In this document: positions 56,974-64,000 of the stretch, piece after piece
Layout of the letters: every line of letters begins with the position of its first letter
Position numbering within the stretch: position 1 is the stretch's first letter
Virus record (IMG/VR): IMGVR_UViG_3300023174_000039
Coordinates: 248,001-312,000 of that record
DNA length: 64,000 bases
Direction: 5' to 3' (one strand)
Translations under genes and position numbers: made by a program
The notes under the pieces: model-generated
What the model was told of the DNA's origin: nothing
Seen by the model: only the letters and a program-made list of their open reading frames with translations
The model's database searches: none

Positions 56974-57680
56974 GATTTCAAGACACACGTTTCTGGAAAA
57001 ATTACAGTGAGTACACTCGTATTACACTGAACTCGTCTATGCGATCAACCGTTGATGCTGTAATTTACTGGCGGTTGTTAAATTATTTTAAGTTTAATAA
57101 GTTTTTAGAAATTGGGGTATATCAAGGATTAACTACTGGATTGATATTTGACACAACACCTACTGCTCATGTGACTGCAATTGATCCAACAGATCGGTTG
57201 GCATTATTTTATAAAAATTATCCAGAATACCAATCACAGTTTACTTTTATTAACCAACCAAGTCAAAAAGTTGAGTTAGGTGACACCATGTATGATTTTA
57301 TTCTAGTCGATGGCGACCATTCCTACGAGATAGTGGTAGATGATATTTTAAAATGTTTACCAAGGCTGGACACTAGTGGGGTGTTAGCAATTGACGATTA
57401 CAAACTGCCGGGGGTTGCAAAAGCAATAGAATACCTGTATAATTTAAAAACTGACTGGGTTCCATTTTTACGATCTGAACAAACTGAATTTTGGCATCAT
57501 TGCAGGTGTGATCGTGGTGACTTTTTAGATTCCTTGTTCACTGATTCAATTAGTAAATTTATTTTTATTAGAAACACAGTTGACCAATATAACAATACCA
57601 TATGCTCTGCAACCACACTAGGCATATTTACTGATCAAACTGAATACTTTGATATGGCCTTACAGCACTATAACATATGA
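56970..57680 (+). CDS. Class I SAM-dependent methyltransferase (Methyltransf_24-like)
   Basis: LEIGVYQG, AIDP, YDFILVDGDHSYE...D...L...G.LAIDDY. Confidence 0.8.
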   Translation: MRFQDTRFWKNYSEYTRITLNSSMRSTVDAVIYWRLLNYFKFNKFLEIGVYQGLTTGLIFDTTPTAHVTAIDPTDRLALFYKNYPEYQSQFTFINQPSQKVELGDTMYDFILVDGDHSYEIVVDDILKCLPRLDTSGVLAIDDYKLPGVAKAIEYLYNLKTDWVPFLRSEQTEFWHHCRCDRGDFLDSLFTDSISKFIFIRNTVDQYNNTICSATTLGIFTDQTEYFDMALQHYNI

Positions 57681-59758
57681 TCCAAATTAAAAACTTGACT
57701 GTTAAAAACTTCATGAGTGTGGGCAATGCCACACAAGGTATTGACTTTGACCGTAACGACCTTACACTTGTGCTGGGCGAAAACTTGGATCTAGGCGGTG
57801 ACGGATCACGCAATGGCACAGGCAAGACCACTATCATTAATGCGTTGAGTTATGCTTTGTATGGACAAGCACTATCAAACATTCGCAAAGATAATCTTGT
57901 GAACAAAACCAACGGCAAGAATATGTTGGTTAGTCTAGACTTTGTTGTGAACGGGCAAGAATACAAGATCGAACGTGGGCGCAAACCCAATGTGTTGCGG
58001 TTTTATGTCAACAATCAAGCGCAGGTATCTACAGACGAAGCGCAAGGCGATAGTCGAGAAACACAAGATGCAATTGAACGGATTATGAATATGAGTCATG
58101 ACATGTTCAAACATGTGCTGGCGCTAAACACTTACACCGAACCGTTCTTGAGTTTAAAAGCCAATGACCAGCGCAACATAATCGAGCAGTTGTTGGGTAT
58201 CACTTTGCTGAGTGAACGTGCAGATGCCATCAAAGAACTTAATCGACAGACCAAAGATGGCATCAGTCAAGAAGAATTTCGTATTCGTGCTGTGCAAGAA
58301 GCCAACAAACGCATCGAAGAACAGATTGAAAGTTTGAAACGCAGACAAGTACTCTGGCAGAAGAAGTACGATAGTGATGTAGCATATCTCGTGGCACAAT
58401 ATGATGATCTAGACAAGATTGATATTGAAGTAGAATTACTAGCTCACAAAGATCTGGCCTTGTGGACCACAAGAAAACAACAACAAGATGCGTATACTGC
58501 ACTTGTTGGTCGCCAAACTGCTTGGAAGCAAAAACAACAAAAAGATATCAGTGAGTTGGAATCAGGTTACAACAATCTCAGTCACATTGACATTACTGCA
58601 GAACTACAAGCACATGCGGACTTGGCTGCTCACACACAACAAGCCAAGGACATTGCTGACCTTGAAAAACTCATTGCTAGATGTGTTACCGACGAGGCAA
58701 AAGAACAGAAAACAATTGATAAGCTCAAAACCGAAATTGATGAATTAAAAAATCACAAGTGTTATGCTTGTGGGCAAGACTTTCACGACGCCAATCATGA
58801 AACAGTGCTAGCAACAAAAGAAAAGGCTCTACAAGAAGCCGCACTGCAAGCATTGAGTACCAATGGTCAGTGGATAGAAAATACAGATGCATTGGCTGCA
58901 TTAGGTGTGCTAGGTACCAAACCCACCACACACTACCGTACAGAAACAGAAGCAATTCGACATTCAAGTGAACTAGAAAATATTCAACACAAGATTGATG
59001 CCAAACGTGCAGAAACAGATCCCTATGCTGAACAACTAGCAGAACATGCCCTTGTAGAAGTCGGCACACAACCTGTTACACATTACGACACAGAGGCTCA
59101 AGCTGTTGAGCACCGCAGTCGTATGAACACATTGCTGACACAGATTGCTACCAAAGGTGAAGAGAAGGATCCTTACACAGAACAGATTGTTGAAATGCAA
59201 CAACAAGCATTGCAGACTGTGAGTTACGATACACTCAACGATCTTACCAGATTGCAAGATCATCAAGACTTCTTGCTCAAACTATTGACATCAAAAGATT
59301 CATTTGTGCGCAAGAAAATTATTGATCAGAACTTGAGTTACCTGAACGCACGACTCACACACTATCTAGATCGCATTGGATTGCCACACACTGTGAAGTT
59401 CCAGAACGATCTAAGTGTAAGCATTGAAGAACTGGGTCGTGAACTAGATTTTGATAACTTATCACGTGGTGAACGCAATCGATTAATCTTGAGTATGTCA
59501 TGGGCCTTCCGTGACGTATGGGAAAGTCTGTACTCACCAATCAACTTGTTGTTTATTGACGAGTTAATTGACAACGGTCTAGACACACAAGGCGTAGAAA
59601 ATGCCCTGGCTTTGCTGAAGAAGATGAGTCGCGAACGCCACAAGAGTATCTGGCTTGTAAGCCATAGAGACGAGCTTGCAGGGCGTGTGGAAAACATTCT
59701 CAAAGTTGTAAAAGAGAATGGCTTTACCAGCTACAACACCGACATAGAACTGGCATAA
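57677..59758 (+). CDS. Recombination ATPase subunit gp46 (Rad50/SbcC-like)
   Basis: NFMSVG, Walker A NGTGKTT, zinc hook CYAC, signature LSRGE, Walker B LLFIDE, VSH. Confidence 0.93.
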   Translation: MIQIKNLTVKNFMSVGNATQGIDFDRNDLTLVLGENLDLGGDGSRNGTGKTTIINALSYALYGQALSNIRKDNLVNKTNGKNMLVSLDFVVNGQEYKIERGRKPNVLRFYVNNQAQVSTDEAQGDSRETQDAIERIMNMSHDMFKHVLALNTYTEPFLSLKANDQRNIIEQLLGITLLSERADAIKELNRQTKDGISQEEFRIRAVQEANKRIEEQIESLKRRQVLWQKKYDSDVAYLVAQYDDLDKIDIEVELLAHKDLALWTTRKQQQDAYTALVGRQTAWKQKQQKDISELESGYNNLSHIDITAELQAHADLAAHTQQAKDIADLEKLIARCVTDEAKEQKTIDKLKTEIDELKNHKCYACGQDFHDANHETVLATKEKALQEAALQALSTNGQWIENTDALAALGVLGTKPTTHYRTETEAIRHSSELENIQHKIDAKRAETDPYAEQLAEHALVEVGTQPVTHYDTEAQAVEHRSRMNTLLTQIATKGEEKDPYTEQIVEMQQQALQTVSYDTLNDLTRLQDHQDFLLKLLTSKDSFVRKKIIDQNLSYLNARLTHYLDRIGLPHTVKFQNDLSVSIEELGRELDFDNLSRGERNRLILSMSWAFRDVWESLYSPINLLFIDELIDNGLDTQGVENALALLKKMSRERHKSIWLVSHRDELAGRVENILKVVKENGFTSYNTDIELA

Positions 59759-60768
59759 TGTTAGCTACTTGGCACTTTCACATTGAGATCTCCAGCAAGT
59801 GTACCTTGCAGTGTCCTCGTTGTGCTCGTCAAGAAGTACCCAACAGTCTTGTGAATACAGAACTAGACCTAGAATTTTTTAAACGTAATTTTACTCCAGA
59901 GTTTATCAAAAACAATGTAGAGAAGATTACGTTTTGTGGCGACGATGGTGATCCTATATATGCACATGATCTAATTCCTGTTATAGAATATATCAAAAGC
60001 GTCAAACCTGTTGAGTTTGTGATTGTCACCAATGGATCGCATAAAAAAACTGCATGGTGGACAGAACTAGGCCAATCTCTAGATTCCAGCGACAGTGTGC
60101 ATTTTAGTGTAGACGGATATGACAATGACAGCAATAACCTGTATCGTGTCAACAGTGATTATGATAGTGTTGTTGATGGCATAAAAACTTTGCGAGCATC
60201 AAGCGATTGCAAGATTGTGTGGGCCGCTATTGCTTTCAAATTCAACGAAGAACAATTAGACTCCATGAAAGAGTTTGCACAATCTATAGGTGTTGACCGG
60301 TTCCAGTTAACCAAGAGTACCAAATTTGGCAGTGTGTATCCTTCATATGGCATAAACGATCCATTGCAACCCAGTGTAAAATACATTAGCAGTACTCACC
60401 GATTTGAACGTGAGGCAACGGTGTTTACAGATACAGGATCCCAAGACTCTGTATCCCAGACAAACATACAATTATTCAAACAAACAACAAGTCGCAATGG
60501 TATTACTCCATTGTGCATGATAGGCAACAAAGGACTGTACATTGATGCCCGCGGCAGGTTATTTCCCTGCTGTTGGGTAGCTAACCGATACAATCACAAT
60601 TCAGACTGGCAACAACAGGCAACAAACTTTGATTTACACAACAAAACATTAATCAATGTACTTGCAGATACATTTTGGTCTACAGAATTTCAAACATTCA
60701 AGTGGCAAGAATGCCAAAGCAAGTGCAAAACTTCAGTAGTAGACGAGAAATACGCAACTTCTTGGTAA
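59758..60768 (+). CDS. Radical SAM protein with C-terminal SPASM/twitch-like domain
   Basis: CTLQCPRC, TNG, C...GRLFPCCW...CQSKC; paralogue of 5174..6289. Confidence 0.9.
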   Translation: MLATWHFHIEISSKCTLQCPRCARQEVPNSLVNTELDLEFFKRNFTPEFIKNNVEKITFCGDDGDPIYAHDLIPVIEYIKSVKPVEFVIVTNGSHKKTAWWTELGQSLDSSDSVHFSVDGYDNDSNNLYRVNSDYDSVVDGIKTLRASSDCKIVWAAIAFKFNEEQLDSMKEFAQSIGVDRFQLTKSTKFGSVYPSYGINDPLQPSVKYISSTHRFEREATVFTDTGSQDSVSQTNIQLFKQTTSRNGITPLCMIGNKGLYIDARGRLFPCCWVANRYNHNSDWQQQATNFDLHNKTLINVLADTFWSTEFQTFKWQECQSKCKTSVVDEKYATSW

Positions 60769-60808
60769 CGGAGATAACTATACAGCAAGGATAAATCGCA
60801 TACAACAC

Positions 60809-61237
60809 ATGACATGGCTATATCAAGATACCCCAATTGAGATGTTGCCCGATGAGTGTGTTGGATTTGTTTACTTGATTACAAATAATCTCACTGGACG
60901 CAAGTACATAGGCAAAAAATTAGCAAAATTTAGCAAAACAACATACAAGACAGTTAAGCAAAAGAATGGCATCAAGAAGAAGAAAAAGATACGATCAAAG
61001 GTCGACTCAGACTGGAGAGAGTACTATGGGTCAAGCCCAGAATTAACTTCAGACGTAATCAAACTAGGCACCGAAAACTTTACCAGAGAAATACTTTTTT
61101 ATTGCAACTCTAAATCGGAATGTAGTTACATTGAAGCAAGAGAACAATTTGCAAGAAGAGTATTAGAATCACAAGATTATTACAATGGCCACATACAAGT
61201 GCGTGTGCATGGCAGTCATATTATAGGCAAATTATGA
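60809..61237 (+). CDS. Stand-alone GIY-YIG family nuclease
   Basis: GFVYLITNNLTGRKYIGKK, YYGS, FTREIL, catalytic-type Glu in YIEAREQ, YYN. Confidence 0.8.
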   Translation: MTWLYQDTPIEMLPDECVGFVYLITNNLTGRKYIGKKLAKFSKTTYKTVKQKNGIKKKKKIRSKVDSDWREYYGSSPELTSDVIKLGTENFTREILFYCNSKSECSYIEAREQFARRVLESQDYYNGHIQVRVHGSHIIGKL

Positions 61238-61503
61238 CCAAACTTGATTGGAACCGACAACCTTGGATCAGTACAATGAACTCAGAGTACTGGACAAATC
61301 CAAAGACCGGGTTTGACAAGGCTTGGCACGAGCAACAAAAACACAAAAAAGCACAGACAGAGAAAGAAAAGCAGTTTTTAGGCATACATGCAACACACGA
61401 GTTAGATCGCATTCAGCTAGAGTACGGTCCTCATGCAGGCAAACTTATTTGTAAAACTTGTAAAAATAAATTTCTAAAGTGGCTTCCAAAGGAAGCATTT
61501 TAA
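61234..61503 (+). CDS. Small hypothetical protein, possible Zn ribbon
   Basis: ATGA overlap with the nuclease gene; H...H...CKTC motif. Confidence 0.65.
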   Translation: MTKLDWNRQPWISTMNSEYWTNPKTGFDKAWHEQQKHKKAQTEKEKQFLGIHATHELDRIQLEYGPHAGKLICKTCKNKFLKWLPKEAF

Positions 61504-61504
61504 T

Positions 61505-61900
61505 CTAACACTGAAGGTTAGCGGGCCAGTTTGTAATACCGCTGTGGAAAAACCGGGGAATAACCGGACACGTAACATATTGAAGCACTCCCGTCAGTAG
61601 ATCTGACTATCCTGAAAAATTGGAAGTGAGTCTGAGAGCAGAACCCTACGCTCAACGCTTTGATATAGTATGAATGTTAGCATACGAGAACACCGGCTAT
61701 AAAAACTTAAACACTAGGAACGAGGTTTAAGGTAGCAAGAGATTGCAATGTCGACGTAGGTTGGGAAAGGTCAGAGCCCAGTAGCACACGGTGTATAAAA
61801 ATACCTACTTCCAATGTCGTGGCTGTGACAACTCACATGAAGACAAAAACGGAACCGCGCAAAACGGTTCCGTCTGACTAAAACAATCTACATGAATACT
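61505..61900 (+). ncRNA. Candidate large structured non-coding RNA of unknown family
   Basis: Nested helices attggaagt(61619-27)/acttccaat(61807-15), tctga/tcaga and cctacg/cgtagg, plus at least six local hairpins, in the only long ORF-free gap. Strand inferred from a GAGA tetraloop and G-U pairs. Confidence 0.6.
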
Positions 61901-61929
61901 TAATCGCTTCGCTCTTGAATTAAAAAAAC

Positions 61930-61971
61930 ATTGACGAGCAAAGCGAGTCAATAGAACTTCGTAGAAGTTCT
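61930..61971. terminator. Two tandem hairpins at the convergence of the + and - operons
   Basis: attgac...gtcaat (61930-52) and agaacttc-gta-gaagttct (61953-71), abutting the stop of the nucleosidase gene. Confidence 0.5.
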
Positions 61972-62531
61972 TAAACAGTTACTCCAAGTTCAAGTAGTTT
62001 AGCAATAAAGAACTTTTCTCCATTGGATACAGATTGTTTCCAAGAGTCATGAGCTTGATCATCTGCTTGATCAGTAATGTATTTGAAGCAACGGAATTTG
62101 ACCTTGTACCGTAAACATGCCTTGGCAATTGCATATGCCTCCATATCAACTACGTCTGCAGGTATGTCAAGTTTGGGATTCATCACAAAGTTATCTCCGG
62201 TACTGCATGTGAGTCCATTGGTACCTGTGCTCAGTATGATATCATCTTCAAATGGAGTTTGTCCGTCTGCACATCCCATGGCCTGACACGTGATATCTCT
62301 TTGTACAAATTGAGTACATTCATGTAGACCGGGACCAGCAGTAATACCACCTGCTGTGCCTATATTGATAATGCGATCTGGTTGATAACGTTCGATCACT
62401 TGTGCGGCAGTTAATGCCGCATTGACCTTGCCAACCCCGGTATAGAACACATTCATCATGTGTCGTAGGTTAGGAGCCTCGCTGGGCAAGGCTATCAAGA
62501 TCACAGTTTTCATACAAAGGTATCTGGCCAA
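61971..62531 (-). CDS. mtnN: 5'-methylthioadenosine/S-adenosylhomocysteine nucleosidase (probable start 62513, MKTVILIAL)
   Basis: AL.SE, TGVGKVNAA, IINIGTAGG, STGDNF, VDMEAYAIA, KYITDQAD. Confidence 0.85.
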   Translation of the reverse strand: MARYLCMKTVILIALPSEAPNLRHMMNVFYTGVGKVNAALTAAQVIERYQPDRIINIGTAGGITAGPGLHECTQFVQRDITCQAMGCADGQTPFEDDIILSTGTNGLTCSTGDNFVMNPKLDIPADVVDMEAYAIAKACLRYKVKFRCFKYITDQADDQAHDSWKQSVSNGEKFFIAKLLELGVTV

Positions 62532-62845
62532 TCACGGAACAATGCGTGTTGAATTGTTCCTGACACAAATTGATTGAAACTTTTGTGTTTGACTTCTAGT
62601 TCACCTGCAAGAGGTGCAACACGTTTGAATGCCAAGTCCATTTGGCCCATGTCTTTGAACTCCATCAAGATCATCCATTCTGGCATGTTGGCAATACTTC
62701 TAAAGCCCATCTTGCATCTGGTAATGCGATAGTCTTCTAGTTTGCCTTCTGATTTCAAATGATCAAAGAAACTCTTCATGCCGTTAACCCAGTCCAAGTC
62801 TGAGATGTCGCCTTCTTTATCTGCCCAAATTGTGTAAATGTCCAT
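62510..62845 (-). CDS. Small alpha/beta protein (DUF6614-like)
   Basis: HLKSEGKLEDYRITRCKMG...EFKDMGQMDLAF...H pattern; family recalled from memory only. Confidence 0.5.
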   Translation of the reverse strand: MDIYTIWADKEGDISDLDWVNGMKSFFDHLKSEGKLEDYRITRCKMGFRSIANMPEWMILMEFKDMGQMDLAFKRVAPLAGELEVKHKSFNQFVSGTIQHALFRDWPDTFV

Positions 62846-63276
62846 TATAGTGGTCCTAGTATTTCAAAACCTTCAAGGTCCTGTTTATACAGATGTGCCT
62901 GATCCAAGTACAGGTACTGGAATCCGCGCTCTCTGTAGATTGCACATTCTGTTTGTAAGCTCGTAATACCCAACCGTAGTCGGGGCTTGCGATAGTTCCA
63001 AGCAAATTGTGCGGCTAATAAATTTTTGTCGTCGTAACGTTTCATTATTGAAAACGCTGCCAGTTCGCCGTTGTCTCGGTATCCTATTAGATCCACACCT
63101 GGTTCTGTAAATTGGCTGTCAAACAACGGCATCACACTGGCAAAGTGTTTGTAGGTACAATAGGTTCTGTATATGTCCTGTAGTTCTGCAATATTGGGCT
63201 GAGTGATATAAAACCAGTCAACTGTGGGTTTGTATGTTGTTTTTTCCAAATTGATTCTAGCAAACTGATAGGTCAT
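62845..63276 (-). CDS. GNAT-fold protein resembling the C-terminal domain of arginyl-tRNA-protein transferase (ATE/Bpt)
   Basis: YRDNGELAAF...RLGITSL..E....RERGFQYLYL...YK...GFE. Confidence 0.55.
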   Translation of the reverse strand: MTYQFARINLEKTTYKPTVDWFYITQPNIAELQDIYRTYCTYKHFASVMPLFDSQFTEPGVDLIGYRDNGELAAFSIMKRYDDKNLLAAQFAWNYRKPRLRLGITSLQTECAIYRERGFQYLYLDQAHLYKQDLEGFEILGPL

Positions 63277-63776
63277 GTTCTTGGGTCTTTTCTATGTTGA
63301 AATAAGCCAGTGAGATACTCTTCGGGCCAGGTGTCATAAAATCCTCGCTTGGCCATTAACTGTGCTTTTGAATCAAGATCGCTCAGACTTTGTACTAATG
63401 CAAGCGCATATGTACCTTGATTCATACAGATTCCGTTGACAATTTCAACATCGTTGGGATGATCTTCAAGTGTTAACAAATCTGCATTTAACAAAAAATC
63501 TCTGTTGGCCTGATCTAAGCTACTTGCAAACAGGTCGTGTGGCCATTCTTTAGGATCATATGCATACACAATAACTTCTTTGTCGCCCATGCCATACCGG
63601 GCACGATTTTTAAGATCAAAGTAAGGATCAGCACCAATGAACACATCGTAGCTGTTTTTGAGTCTTGAGCTACGAGCATATGGGCAAGGAGGGAAGTTGC
63701 CCAGGGCAGGATGCGGAACTTCTACAAAGTTCACAATCCACTGCTCAATATCTCGTTTAACTTGATCTATATCCAT
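63273..63776 (-). CDS. Hypothetical protein (DUF1415-like)
   Basis: W...FV.......PCPYAR N-terminus and a DHP motif. Confidence 0.5.
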   Translation of the reverse strand: MDIDQVKRDIEQWIVNFVEVPHPALGNFPPCPYARSSRLKNSYDVFIGADPYFDLKNRARYGMGDKEVIVYAYDPKEWPHDLFASSLDQANRDFLLNADLLTLEDHPNDVEIVNGICMNQGTYALALVQSLSDLDSKAQLMAKRGFYDTWPEEYLTGLFQHRKDPRT

Positions 63777-64000
63777 TAGAAGAACGGTAGTTTGCTGTTT
63801 TTAGTTGTTTCAAGATTGTCTTTGATTAACTCACTGATCATCTGACGTTCATGATGACTCATGTTCATAACATCATCATAACTGGCTCCGCCACGCATGT
63901 ACCACGACATTTTTAAGCCTTGACGTCTTAGGTCACTGGCCTCCTGGTCCATCCTGTCTACCATAGCAGAAATCTGCTCAGCTGACGAAATCAGGAGGCG
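63776..64000 (-). CDS. Baseplate hub assembly catalyst-like (gp51-like) protein; frame open to the right edge
   Basis: SWYMRGGASY.D.MNMS..ER..I.ELIK motif; the upstream frame RLLISSAEQISA has no stop. Confidence 0.5.
   Translation of the reverse strand, partial: RLLISSAEQISAMVDRMDQEASDLRRQGLKMSWYMRGGASYDDVMNMSHHERQMISELIKDNLETTKNSKLPFF

Noticed and set aside
60809-61237. Intron-encoded or typical mobile homing endonuclease
   Set aside because: No interrupted host gene and no DNA-binding extension.
61836-61880. Box C/D kink-turn (ATGAAGA ... CTGA)
   Set aside because: The G-A side can be drawn, but the flanking canonical stem does not pair and it competes with the stronger hairpin.
61505-61900. 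Group I intron, RNase P RNA, tmRNA or tRNA
   Set aside because: gactat and gatatagta resemble P7 strands but lack the G-C pair of the guanosine site, and no gene is interrupted. gggaaaggtc only loosely resembles the RNase P GAGGAAAGUCC, and I found no matching 3' motif. There are no tRNA-like ends.
718-62286. The many 60-180 aa ORFs antisense to or nested within long genes (e.g. 43275..43703, 51131..51685, 54401..54835)
   Set aside because: They are shadows of codon bias and low-complexity sequence, with no recognisable motifs or expression signals.

Overview
This window is part of a large T4-like (myovirus-type) bacteriophage genome, almost fully coding in the standard genetic code. It has four blocks. 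(1) 1-23390 is a ~23 kb tailoring-enzyme cluster: seven radical SAM proteins (six with an N-terminal twitch/SPASM-like Cys cluster), four 'TEK'-motif glycosyltransferase-like proteins, three GT-A/GT8-like proteins, three SGNH/GDSL proteins, a NodU/CmcH carbamoyltransferase with an unannotated 33-aa partner, an amidinotransferase and a 65-aa-repeat protein. (2) 23461-54918 is a tail fibre/baseplate module: a 4936-aa giant protein plus gp6-, gp25-, gp5-, hub-, gp53- and tube-initiator-like genes, with T4-type TAAATA late promoters. (3) 55045-61503 holds gp55 late sigma factor, gp47 and gp46, with a methyltransferase and an eighth radical SAM gene inserted, then a stand-alone GIY-YIG nuclease and a small Cys/His protein. 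(4) The only large non-coding gap (61504-61970) folds by eye into a nested multi-helix structure. It is followed by an MTA/SAH nucleosidase, an ATE-like GNAT and small genes. The two best candidates for undescribed systems are the phage-encoded glycan-tailoring cluster and the GIY-YIG plus structured RNA module. All family calls come from motif recognition by eye; no database search or folding program was run.
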